The notes beneath the pieces are model-generated. The model searched no databases. It had not been told where the DNA came from and saw only the letters and a list, made by a program, of their open reading frames with translations. Positions 51,002-62,657 of a stretch of 64,000 nt of DNA are shown piece by piece; position 1 is the first letter of the stretch; each line of letters starts with the position of its first letter. The translations under genes and the position numbers were made by a program. Origin of the DNA: Peptococcaceae bacterium (GTDB lineage Bacteria; Bacillota; Desulfotomaculia; Desulfotomaculales; Pelotomaculaceae). The stretch lies in contig JAAYRI010000069.1 of assembly GCA_012518875.1 (NCBI GenBank), forward strand, positions 5,511 through 69,510, in the 5' to 3' direction.

Positions 51002-52036
51002 ATGGGGTATAAAATTGGGATTAATGGATTGGGTAGAATTGGCCGTGATGTGTTAAGGTGCGCACTAAAGCGCCCGGACATTGAGGTAATGGCAGTAAAT
51101 CATAAATCCAGGCGGATCCAAGTTACCGACACATACGCTCAATCTATAGCGCATATGGTTAAATATGATTCTATCTATGGTGTTTTTGATCAAGAGGTTG
51201 ATTCCACGCAAGATGCTGTCGTAGTTAATGGTCACCAGATAAAAATCCTGGCGGAAAGGGAGCCGACCCGATTGCCCTGGAAAGAACTAGGTGTAGATTA
51301 CGTGGTTGAGTCAACCGGAGTGTTAAACGACCCGGCTGTTGCCGCTGGGCATATCCAGGCGGGCGCCAAAAAGGTGATCCTAACGGGTCCGGCAAAAGGT
51401 GGCGAGTGCCTTACTGTAGTAATGGGTGTTAATGAAGAAGAATATGATCCCGGCCGGCACCATGTAGTTTCAAACGCCTCCTGTACCACCAACTGCCTGG
51501 CTCCTGTAGCCAAGGTACTAAATGAGCAGTTTGGCATTGTCAAGGGCTTGATGACTACTGTGCACGCCTTTACCAATGATCAACAGCTTCTTGATATGCC
51601 CCACCGGGACATGAGGCGGGGCAGGGCCGCCACCCTTTCCCTTATTCCCACTACTACAGGGGCAGCAAAGGCAGTGGCGCTGGTATTGCCCGAATTAGAG
51701 GGCAAAATTAATGGTTTTGCCATCAGAGTGCCCCTGCCTGCCGTTTCAGCAGTGGATCTGGTAGTAGAATTAGAAAAAACAGTGACAGCAGATGATGTTA
51801 ATACTGCTTTAAAGGAAGCCGCAGCCGGGGATTTAAAGGGTGTTCTGGGTTATACCGAACTTCCTCTGGTATCCACAGACTTCAAGGGGGATCCCCATTC
51901 TGCGATTGTTGATGCTACATCAACGATGGTTGTTGGTGAAAACATGGTCAAGGTTATTGCCTGGTATGATAACGAATGGGGTTATGCCGAACGGGTACTT
52001 GATCTACTGGCATACATGGCCTCGCGGGGCGAGTAG
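51002..52036 (+). CDS. gap: Type I glyceraldehyde-3-phosphate dehydrogenase
   Basis: GINGLGRIGR, catalytic ASCTTNC and WYDNEWGY. Confidence 0.96.
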   Translation: MGYKIGINGLGRIGRDVLRCALKRPDIEVMAVNHKSRRIQVTDTYAQSIAHMVKYDSIYGVFDQEVDSTQDAVVVNGHQIKILAEREPTRLPWKELGVDYVVESTGVLNDPAVAAGHIQAGAKKVILTGPAKGGECLTVVMGVNEEEYDPGRHHVVSNASCTTNCLAPVAKVLNEQFGIVKGLMTTVHAFTNDQQLLDMPHRDMRRGRAATLSLIPTTTGAAKAVALVLPELEGKINGFAIRVPLPAVSAVDLVVELEKTVTADDVNTALKEAAAGDLKGVLGYTELPLVSTDFKGDPHSAIVDATSTMVVGENMVKVIAWYDNEWGYAERVLDLLAYMASRGE

Positions 52037-52085
52037 AAAGGGAACCGACGGGAGTTTTAAAAAAATATGGTTGCCATGTACGGTA

Positions 52086-52186
52086 AAAGCGCTGTGAAAT
52101 AAAGACAGTTCATCTAGCTGGTGATCCCAGCCCTTCCCGAAGGTGCTATTAGCGCACGGGTGAGCTGCCCTATTTTACGGCGCTTT
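52086..52186 (+). ncRNA. Structured intergenic RNA element (long stem + multi-way junction), family unknown
   Basis: 16-bp and 10-bp stacked stems with five G-U pairs, closed by three short hairpins. Paired by eye. Confidence 0.45.
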
Positions 52187-52217
52187 ATAGGGACTATGGA
52201 GTGGAGGTGTCGCAGTT

Positions 52218-53402
52218 GTGGCTAAAAAAACCATCAGGGATATTGATGTAAAGGACAAACGGGTGCTGGTGCGGGTCGACTTTAATGTCCCTCTGGACAA
52301 AAACAACCACGTATCAGACGACACAAGGATTATTGAGGCGCTCCCAACGATAAACTATCTTGTTGAACATGGTGCAAAGGTAATTCTTTTATCCCATCTG
52401 GGGCGCCCCAAAGGACACATTAACGAGGAATACAGGATGGATCCGGTGGCCCAAAGACTCTCCGAACTGCTTGGTCGGGAGGTTGCAAAGATCGATGACT
52501 GTGTGGGGGCTTTAGTAGTAGAGGCTATTGGCAGGATGCGTGGCGGCAATGTAATATTACTCGAAAATGTCCGTTTTCACCCAGAAGAAGAAAAAAATGA
52601 TGAAAAATTTTCACAGCAGTTGGCACAGCAGGCCGATATTTACGTGAATGATGCTTTTGGAACGGCCCATCGGGCCCATGCCTCCACTGTCGGTGTATCC
52701 GAATTTTTACCTGCGGTGGCGGGCTTTTTAATGGAAAAAGAGCTGGATATTCTGGGCCGGCTTTTGGTCCATCCGGAGCGGCCATTTGTGGCCATTATGG
52801 GGGGGGCCAAGGTATCAGATAAAATTGCTGTTGTTTCCAACCTGCTGGATAAGGTAGACACAGTAATTTTAGGCGGCGGTATGTCCAACACATTTTTACA
52901 GGCTCAAGGTTATGATGTGGGCAAATCACTATTGGAGGCAGACAAGGTTGATCTGGCCAAGGGCTTACTGGCCAAGGCAAAAAACAAGGGGGTAAATTTG
53001 CTCTTGCCCCTGGATGTGGTTGTGGCACCTGGTGCTGCCCCTGATGCTGAGCAGAGAACAGTACCTGTTAACCAGATTCCAGCCGAATGGATGGCCCTGG
53101 ACATTGGCCGAAAGAGTATAGCTGAATTTACAGGGGCCATGGAAGCTGCCAGTACCATAGTATGGAATGGCCCCATGGGTGTTTTTGAGATGGAACCCTT
53201 TGCCCGGGGCACTGAGGCAATTGCGCTGGCCATGGCTAGTAGCAAGGCTACCACAGTAATTGGTGGTGGAGATTCTGTTTCGGCAATAAAGAAAGCAGGT
53301 GTGGCAGAAAAAATAACTCATATTTCCACCGGAGGCGGTGCCTCTCTGGAGTTTCTAGAGGGTAAAGTCCTTCCCGGAGTGGCCGTTCTTCTGGAAAAAT
53401 GA
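52218..53402 (+). CDS. pgk: Phosphoglycerate kinase
   Basis: [19 protein letters not shown] and [11 protein letters not shown] motifs. Confidence 0.97.
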   Translation: MAKKTIRDIDVKDKRVLVRVDFNVPLDKNNHVSDDTRIIEALPTINYLVEHGAKVILLSHLGRPKGHINEEYRMDPVAQRLSELLGREVAKIDDCVGALVVEAIGRMRGGNVILLENVRFHPEEEKNDEKFSQQLAQQADIYVNDAFGTAHRAHASTVGVSEFLPAVAGFLMEKELDILGRLLVHPERPFVAIMGGAKVSDKIAVVSNLLDKVDTVILGGGMSNTFLQAQGYDVGKSLLEADKVDLAKGLLAKAKNKGVNLLLPLDVVVAPGAAPDAEQRTVPVNQIPAEWMALDIGRKSIAEFTGAMEAASTIVWNGPMGVFEMEPFARGTEAIALAMASSKATTVIGGGDSVSAIKKAGVAEKITHISTGGGASLEFLEGKVLPGVAVLLEK

Positions 53403-53439
53403 CAACCTGTTTTTCAACATAGAAAGGAATGGTGGTCCG

Positions 53440-54210
53440 GTGCTGCGCAAACCGATTATTGCAGGAAATTGGAAAATGTTTAAAATCTTGCCTGAGGCCT
53501 TAACCTTTGTCCGGGCTATCAGGCAAACAGCAATTGAGTTCTCACGTGTAGAGGTGGTTCTATGCCCACCTTTTACTGCCCTAACGCTAATGTCAGATAA
53601 CTTGCATGGTTCCGGTGTTTTGTTGGGGGCCCAAAACGTTTTCTGGGAGGATGCGGGTGCCTTTACAGGAGAAGTGTCACCACTGATGCTCAAAGATGTG
53701 GGATGTAAATATGTAATCATCGGCCATTCGGAACGCCGGCAGTATTTCGGAGAAACCGATGAAAAAATAAACAGGAAGGTTATAGCTGTTTTAGGTCATG
53801 CACTAACCCCGATTATGTGTGTCGGTGAAACCCTGGAAGAGCGTGATATGGGTGCCACTGAGAAGGTGGTCCATGCTCAGGTGACGGCAGGGTTGGCCAA
53901 TCTTGTTCCCGAGCTAGTGGGGAAGGTGGTTATAGCTTATGAGCCTGTTTGGGCTATTGGTACGGGAAGGAGCGCCTCTGATGAGGATGCCCAGTCGGTA
54001 ATAGCCCACATTAGGGAAACTGTGGGGGGACAATACGGATCAAACGCAGCTGGGAATGTACGTATTCTTTATGGTGGTAGTGTTAAACCAGAAAATACGG
54101 TCGGGCTGATGTCCAAAAGGGACATTGATGGGGCTCTTGTAGGTGGGGCTAGCCTGGAGGTAGAAAGCTTTACTGAAATAATAAAAAAGACTTGTGAAAC
54201 CAGAAGATAA
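53440..54210 (+). CDS. tpiA: Triosephosphate isomerase
   Basis: AGNWKM, GHSERR and AYEPVWAIGTG motifs. Confidence 0.97.
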   Translation: MLRKPIIAGNWKMFKILPEALTFVRAIRQTAIEFSRVEVVLCPPFTALTLMSDNLHGSGVLLGAQNVFWEDAGAFTGEVSPLMLKDVGCKYVIIGHSERRQYFGETDEKINRKVIAVLGHALTPIMCVGETLEERDMGATEKVVHAQVTAGLANLVPELVGKVVIAYEPVWAIGTGRSASDEDAQSVIAHIRETVGGQYGSNAAGNVRILYGGSVKPENTVGLMSKRDIDGALVGGASLEVESFTEIIKKTCETRR

Positions 54211-54212
54211 AC

Positions 54213-54252
54213 AAGGTGTGTTAGAGGAGCTGCTTCTTTAACACACCTTTTT
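54213..54252 (+). terminator. Strong hairpin with U tract between tpiA and gpmI
   Basis: AAGGTGTGTTAGAGGAG-ctg-CTTCTTTAACACACCTT followed by TTT. Confidence 0.65.
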
Positions 54253-54259
54253 GGAGGTT

Positions 54260-57102
<2,843 letters not shown>

Positions 57103-57131
57103 TTACCCGGGTGCCCCTGCAATAGTTATTG

Positions 57132-57160
57132 TTGACAGCTGAAATTCCTTATATTATAAT
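57132..57160 (+). promoter_or_regulatory. Consensus sigmaA promoter for rplM-rpsI
   Basis: TTGACA-17 nt-TATAAT, a perfect match. Confidence 0.85.
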
Positions 57161-57224
57161 AATGGTTGTGACTTTTAAGCTTTAAGCTATGTCCTTTTAT
57201 ATCTAAGGAGGGAAATACTATATT

Positions 57225-57659
57225 ATGAAGACCTTTATGGCCAAGCCTGGCGATATGAAAAACCGCAAGTGGTACATACTTGACGCTGAAGGTAAGGTTC
57301 TGGGCAGGCTTGCCGTGGAGGCGGCCAAGATCCTGCGCGGAAAACATAAGCCGGATTTCACACCGCATGTTGATACAGGTGATCACGTTATTGTGATCAA
57401 TGCTGATAAAATTAAATTAACAGGAAACAAGCTGAGGACCAAAAATTACTACAGACATTCCGGGTTTCCCGGTGGTCTGAAGGTTATAAATTATGAAAAA
57501 CTAATGAAAACCAGGCCTGAATTGGCTGTAGAAAAAGCAATTACAGGCATGCTGCCCCATAATCGGCTAGGAGCAAAAATGGCTCGGAAGCTCAAGGTAT
57601 ACAGTGGTCCGGAGCATCCACACCAGGCGCAAAAACCCGAAGCCAGGCAGGTGCAATAG
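57225..57659 (+). CDS. rplM: 50S ribosomal protein L13
   Basis: [21 protein letters not shown] and HPHQAQKP motifs. Confidence 0.98.
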   Translation: MKTFMAKPGDMKNRKWYILDAEGKVLGRLAVEAAKILRGKHKPDFTPHVDTGDHVIVINADKIKLTGNKLRTKNYYRHSGFPGGLKVINYEKLMKTRPELAVEKAITGMLPHNRLGAKMARKLKVYSGPEHPHQAQKPEARQVQ

Positions 57660-57676
57660 GGAAGGAGGAAAAATAG

Positions 57677-58069
57677 TTGGCACAGGTTATGTTTTATGGC
57701 ACTGGACGCAGGAAAAATTCTGTGGCAAGGGTATTTCTTGTACCCGGTGAAGGTAATGTAGTGATTAACAACAAGCCGATAAACGAATATTTCGGCCGCC
57801 AAACACTAGAAATGGTTGTCCGCCAGCCGATAGAGTTGACCGGGGCTGCTTCACGCTTTGATGTTCAAGCCAAGGTTCTTGGCGGCGGTATTAGTGGCCA
57901 GGCCGGCGCAATCAAAATGGGCATTGCCCGGGCCCTTATCCAGGCTGATCCCAATCTTCGTCCCCTTTTGAAAAAGGCCGGTTTTCTAACCAGGGATCCG
58001 CGCATGAAAGAGCGCAAAAAATATGGGTTGCGTAAGGCTCGTCGTGCTCCTCAATTTAGTAAGCGTTAA
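57677..58069 (+). CDS. rpsI: 30S ribosomal protein S9
   Basis: [16 protein letters not shown] and C-terminal PQFSKR. Confidence 0.98.
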   Translation: MAQVMFYGTGRRKNSVARVFLVPGEGNVVINNKPINEYFGRQTLEMVVRQPIELTGAASRFDVQAKVLGGGISGQAGAIKMGIARALIQADPNLRPLLKKAGFLTRDPRMKERKKYGLRKARRAPQFSKR

Positions 58070-58073
58070 AACA

Positions 58074-58098
58074 GGGGAAGGTAAAACCTTCCTTTTTT
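58074..58098 (+). terminator. Intrinsic terminator after rpsI
   Basis: GGGGAAGGT-aaa-ACCTTCCTT followed by a T run. Confidence 0.75.
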
Positions 58099-58150
58099 AT
58101 TGCAATAATGTGCTATAATTTATTTGTGAACCATGTTTTTGGAGGAAACG

Positions 58151-59020
58151 GTGGACCGTTTACTTTTTGTTTTTTTGCTAACTGCTTTTATTAATCTAAT
58201 CAATACTCTGACACGCAGTTCCCGGCTTTCCGGTGTCAGGACAAAACATCTGGCCACCGCTATTTCCCTTTTCAGTGTTGTTTATCTGGCGGCCAGCTTT
58301 GCCAATACCCTGCAGGCCCCCCTGCTGGCTTCAACAGTAGAAAGCACTATTGAAGAGGCTTACGGTCAATCCTTGCTGCTGTACCCCAACAATGCCCTAG
58401 AAAGCCCTCTTTATCAGCAAACATTAGTAGAGTTGAGCAGCAAACTTCGCTTTGTTATTTTCGGTGCCACCCTGGGCACGGTAGCAGGTATGCTGGTAAT
58501 TCCTAGTTTTGTTACTTCCTTTTCTAATGCTATAAGATCATTTGGCCGGACAGGCTCTGTTTTTAAGGTGATTTATCTCTTTTTTGTATCGATGTTTAAA
58601 CCAGGCAGTGGGATACTCAGGTTCCGGATGTCATCTAGGGACACTTTAAGGGAATTGCTTACATGGAAAATGAGCATTCCTAAGGGATTTCTTTACTGGA
58701 ATTTAGCCAGTTATAGCCTGTGGACAGTCAATGTGTTGTCCGGTTTGTATGCGGGTGCTCTTTACCCCGAGTTCCGCTCAACGGCCGTACTGATGGCTTC
58801 CATAGTGGGAAATGCTGCTATTGTCGTTAACGTGATGATGGTTGACCCCATTCTGGCCAGGGTAACAGATGATGTGGCCCGGAAGGTAAGAAAAGAGATA
58901 GAGCTAAAACAGATTGTTTTTTTTCTGGCCATTTCAAATCTACTAGGGACACTTTTAAGCCAGGCTGTGCTGGAACCTGTGGCCTGGGTTTTACAACTCC
59001 TAACCAGATGGATTACCTAG
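58151..59020 (+). CDS. amj: Amj (DUF2837) alternative lipid II flippase family protein
   Basis: RLSGVRT..LATAISLF, ANTLQAPL, LYAGAL.PEFRSTA, VDP..A..TDD and GTLLSQ patterns. GTG 58151 follows SD GGAGG. Confidence 0.75.
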   Translation: MDRLLFVFLLTAFINLINTLTRSSRLSGVRTKHLATAISLFSVVYLAASFANTLQAPLLASTVESTIEEAYGQSLLLYPNNALESPLYQQTLVELSSKLRFVIFGATLGTVAGMLVIPSFVTSFSNAIRSFGRTGSVFKVIYLFFVSMFKPGSGILRFRMSSRDTLRELLTWKMSIPKGFLYWNLASYSLWTVNVLSGLYAGALYPEFRSTAVLMASIVGNAAIVVNVMMVDPILARVTDDVARKVRKEIELKQIVFFLAISNLLGTLLSQAVLEPVAWVLQLLTRWIT

Positions 59021-59192
59021 GATAGTGAATTTTACTCACCTCTGCAATTAATTTTTCTTACCCCTTTGGCACATATTATCACCCCCATCCTCATACCATA
59101 ATAAGGAAGAATGGTTCCTGCATGAAAGCTGAACAACTTCAGGCCGGCTTAAATCTCCGGTGTATAAAAGGTAATAGGAAGGGGAAAATTTT

Positions 59193-60008
59193 TTGTCTTC
59201 CGTGGTTATAAAAACAATTATAATTAAAAAACGCATTCTTGCTGCCATAATTGTCTTAGCTATCCTATCCTTTTGGCTGGTTAGAGAACAAAATGATAGG
59301 GCCGAAAAGGAGGTTGTTACGGCAATGTCTTCGGTGCTGGCAAGCAGGGTGATCGTTGTGGATCCCGGCCACGGCGGTGTTGAACCGGGAGTGATTGGCA
59401 AAACTGGTGCGCAGGAAAAGGAAATTAATCTGGCTGTTAGTAAATTGCTGGTGGACAACCTGGCCCGGGCCGGGGCTATGGTTCTAATGACCCGGGATAC
59501 AGACATAGATCTCAGTGATCCCGATACAACAGGCCTGGCGGCAAAAAAGAAAGAAGACCTGGAACGACGGGTGGCCATAGCCAACAATAATAAGGCTGAT
59601 CTGTATATTAACATTCATGTAAACAGTTTTCCTGATGCCCACCGATCCGGTGCCCGGGTATATTACCAGCTGGGTGCGGAACAGGGAGAAAAAGCAGGCC
59701 GCCATATCCAGTCAGAGTTGGCCCATGTTTTAAAAGGTACAGATAGTCACCCGGTAGGGGTTGATTACTACACAACCAGAAACACATCAATGGCTGCGGT
59801 GGTGGTTGATGTAGGATATATTTCAAATGATACGGAGGAAAAACTCCTACAGGATCCGGCCTATCAGGGCAAGCTGGCCTGGGCCATATATGCGGGGACA
59901 GTGAAGTATTTTGCTATAGAGACTCCCCCCACCCAAAGGCCATCTGGAGATGAGAGAGTTATTCAGACCTTCAAGGAGCAGGAGGGGCATATTTTGGGGG
60001 AGCCCTGA
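59193..60008 (+). CDS. cwlD: N-acetylmuramoyl-L-alanine amidase, CwlD-like
   Basis: N-terminal TM, VDPGHGG, EKEINL, KKKEDLERR and IHVNS. Position near rplM-rpsI matches cwlD. Catalytic Glu appears as Asp. Confidence 0.8.
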   Translation: MSSVVIKTIIIKKRILAAIIVLAILSFWLVREQNDRAEKEVVTAMSSVLASRVIVVDPGHGGVEPGVIGKTGAQEKEINLAVSKLLVDNLARAGAMVLMTRDTDIDLSDPDTTGLAAKKKEDLERRVAIANNNKADLYINIHVNSFPDAHRSGARVYYQLGAEQGEKAGRHIQSELAHVLKGTDSHPVGVDYYTTRNTSMAAVVVDVGYISNDTEEKLLQDPAYQGKLAWAIYAGTVKYFAIETPPTQRPSGDERVIQTFKEQEGHILGEP

Positions 60009-60020
60009 ACGTATATGTGT

Positions 60021-60049
60021 GTATAAACCTTCCTAACAGGGGCAACATA
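60021..60049 (+). promoter_or_regulatory. sigmaF/sigmaG-type forespore promoter
   Basis: GTATA-15 nt-GGCAACATA, matching the B. subtilis sigmaF consensus GYWTA-N15-GgnrAnAnTw. Confidence 0.5.
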
Positions 60050-60071
60050 ATGGTTATAGAGGAGGCGGGCC

Positions 60072-60266
60072 TTGATGACAGATAGCAAGCCAATCAAGAA
60101 TGGGAAGGATCAGAATAAAATTCATGAACCCCTTAGCTCCTACTATCCCCCGCCTATTAAGGTCAGTGAGCCGACTATACAGAGCACTGAAACCAGGTAT
60201 AAACCCCACACAGCAGTGATTTATGTCAAAAAAGGTGAAGAGGAGCAACAAAAAACAGACACCTGA
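60072..60266 (+). CDS. Small hydrophilic hypothetical protein (63-64 aa)
   Basis: Strong SD AGGAGG, a candidate promoter of its own and a downstream terminator. Confidence 0.6.
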   Translation: MMTDSKPIKNGKDQNKIHEPLSSYYPPPIKVSEPTIQSTETRYKPHTAVIYVKKGEEEQQKTDT

Positions 60267-60373
60267 TTTAATAGGTGCACCTTGCCTGAAGGCCGGTATT
60301 CTACCGGTTACCTGTGGCAGCTGATGCAGGGAAGGTGCCATGTATTATATGGCCATATGGGTGCAAACAGATT

Positions 60374-60398
60374 AACGTCGCTAACCCGGCGTTTTTTT
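60374..60398 (+). terminator. Intrinsic terminator
   Basis: AACGTCG-ctaacc-CGGCGTT followed by a T run. Confidence 0.6.
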
Positions 60399-60456
60399 AA
60401 TTGCTACAATTGTAATATGTTATAATTGAAGGAAAATAATCCTGGGGGTTGGTAGG

Positions 60457-61443
60457 GTGAATATCCTGGTCACAGGTGGTGCCGGCTACATTGGTAGCCA
60501 TACGGTCCTGGAGTTAGTCGAAAGGGGTCACCGGGTAGTAGTACTGGACAATTTGTCCAAAGGCCATAGGGCCGCAGTGGGTGGAATCGAATTTGTTCAC
60601 GGTGATACCGGTGACGCCAGGCTCCTCAGTGAGACTTTTAAAAAATATAATATCGAAGCGGTAGTTCATTTTGCTGCCAGTAGTCTGGTTGGAGAATCTG
60701 TGCAGCAACCTGCAGCTTATTACCAGAACAATGTGGTCAAAGGCCTGGCCCTACTGGATGCCATGGTTAGCTCGAGGGTGTTAAAACTTGTATTCTCCTC
60801 AACTGCAGCAGTGTACGGTGAGCCTATAGAGGTACCTATTATGGAGGATCACCCGACTCTGCCCACAAACCCATATGGTGCAACAAAGCTGGCTTTCGAG
60901 GCAGCCATGCTTTGGTACAGCGGTGCCTATGGGCTGCGCTATGCCTCTTTGCGCTATTTTAATGCTGCCGGGGCGGACCTGGCAGGAAAAATTGGGGAGG
61001 ATCACCACCCAGAGACCCATCTTATACCACTGGTGCTAAAAGCAGCTATGGGTTCTGTGGCAAGCCTAGCAATTTTTGGCACCGACTATCCTACCCCTGA
61101 CGGCACCTGCGTCAGGGATTATATCCATGTAAGTGATCTGGCTGTAGCCCATGCCCTGGCACTTGATGCCCTGTCGGCCGGCAGGGACAGGGCAGTATAT
61201 AATCTTGGCAATGGGAATGGGTACAGTGTTTTGGAAGTAATAAGAACCGCTGAAGAGGTGATAGGGAAGCCTATTAATGTGAAATATGGACCTCGGAGGC
61301 CGGGCGATCCGGCGGTATTAGTGGCCGGATCCGGTAGGATTAAAAAAGAACTGGGCTGGCGCCCACGCTTCGCGGATTTAAAGTCGATTATAGAAACTGC
61401 CTGGCTCTGGCACAGCAGCCATCCGGCAGGGTTTGAAAAATAA
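60457..61443 (+). CDS. galE: UDP-glucose 4-epimerase
   Basis: TGGAGYIGSH, YGATK, LRYFNAAGA, PETHLIP and DGTCVRDYIHV motifs. Confidence 0.93.
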   Translation: MNILVTGGAGYIGSHTVLELVERGHRVVVLDNLSKGHRAAVGGIEFVHGDTGDARLLSETFKKYNIEAVVHFAASSLVGESVQQPAAYYQNNVVKGLALLDAMVSSRVLKLVFSSTAAVYGEPIEVPIMEDHPTLPTNPYGATKLAFEAAMLWYSGAYGLRYASLRYFNAAGADLAGKIGEDHHPETHLIPLVLKAAMGSVASLAIFGTDYPTPDGTCVRDYIHVSDLAVAHALALDALSAGRDRAVYNLGNGNGYSVLEVIRTAEEVIGKPINVKYGPRRPGDPAVLVAGSGRIKKELGWRPRFADLKSIIETAWLWHSSHPAGFEK

Positions 61444-61470
61444 AAATAAGCAGATAGTGGGGAGTGTACA

Positions 61471-62574
61471 CTAGGGAATGCTGCCGCTGCTGTCCTTACA
61501 GTTGTCCTTTCCCTGGGAAAGCCAGGCAAAGGCTTTTGCCTTATGTAGTGTATTATAGGTGATGAGAACAAAAGGGCCCAGGATAAAACCATAAAAACCA
61601 AGCAATTCATACCCGGCGTAGAGGGAAATCAAAACAGCAAGGGGATCAATACCGATATTTTCCCCTAAAACCAATGGTTCAAGAGAGTGTTTAACTGCTA
61701 CTACCACGGCAAACACTATCAGCAGCCCCACAGTCATATATGTGTTTCCCGTCACCAGGTTGAAAACAATTAGGGGAATAAAAACAGCACCTACCCCGAT
61801 AACAGGTACAGGACTAAAAAGCCCGCTCAAAAGCGAGGCAGTGACTATATAGTCTGCACCCACAATGATTAGCCCAATAAAGACTACCAGAGCGGAAATA
61901 AGCGAAAGGATAATCTGGGCCTTAATGTAACCGATAGATGCTTTGTAAAGGTCATCAGCCATAAACCATAGTTTGCGCTGAAACTGTTCCGGCATGGAGG
62001 AAACAAACCATTTTTTTATCTTTGGCAGATCCTTGCTAATAAAAAAGGTGGCAATGAGCATGATTACTACAATTAGCAGTTGGTTCGGCAGGGTGGTAAT
62101 CAGGTGTAGTGTACCTCCGGCAAGGAGTGAAAGGTTTTCGGATATAATATCTAGAAACTTTTCGGTGTTTCTGTTCAGGTGTATAGCAAATTCGGGGGGA
62201 AATCCTTCAGATATTGTTTGTAGCTTTTGTGCCAGTAGAAAGGAACTGCTTTTTAGTATGCTGATGAAGTAAGGGAGGTTGGAAATAATTCTTGCCAGTT
62301 CCCAGACGAGGGTGGATATAGCATGCCACATCAGGACCCCCAAAAAGCCAACAGTCACCAGCATGGAAATGCTGGTGGCCGCTATACGGGAAATTTTGAG
62401 CCTTAAAAAAAGCCTGACCATCGGTTCCATAACCAGAGCCAGTATTAGCCCGAGTAGAAATGGCAGGAAATAGGGAATTACCAGTTTAAAGGCAACAGCA
62501 GCGATAATCAGTGTTGCTATTAGAATGCCCATGTTTACAATTAGGTTCCAATGCCTTTTATAAAATTCCCTCAT
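61471..62574 (-). CDS. ytvI: Sporulation integral membrane protein YtvI (AI-2E family)
   Basis: LPFLLG, ATFFISKD, GYIKAQ and LEPLVLGENIG motifs. Confidence 0.8.
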   Translation of the reverse strand: MREFYKRHWNLIVNMGILIATLIIAAVAFKLVIPYFLPFLLGLILALVMEPMVRLFLRLKISRIAATSISMLVTVGFLGVLMWHAISTLVWELARIISNLPYFISILKSSSFLLAQKLQTISEGFPPEFAIHLNRNTEKFLDIISENLSLLAGGTLHLITTLPNQLLIVVIMLIATFFISKDLPKIKKWFVSSMPEQFQRKLWFMADDLYKASIGYIKAQIILSLISALVVFIGLIIVGADYIVTASLLSGLFSPVPVIGVGAVFIPLIVFNLVTGNTYMTVGLLIVFAVVVAVKHSLEPLVLGENIGIDPLAVLISLYAGYELLGFYGFILGPFVLITYNTLHKAKAFAWLSQGKDNCKDSSGSIP

Positions 62575-62622
62575 GATGCAAATAGCCCCCGGTATTTAAT
62601 GATATCAATGTTGCCAAAATTG

Positions 62623-62653
62623 GAAAACCCCCTTTCTTTGCAGGAAGGGGATT
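62623..62653 (-). terminator. Terminator after the flavin oxidoreductase gene
   Basis: CCCCTT / AAGGGG inverted repeat with a T run on the minus strand. Confidence 0.5.
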
Positions 62654-62657
62654 TGTT

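Noticed and set aside
60300-60345. SAM-I riboswitch (GGCAGC...AAGGTGCCA resemblance)
   Set aside because: No P1 ATC/GAT or P2 GAGGGA elements, and the downstream gene is galE.
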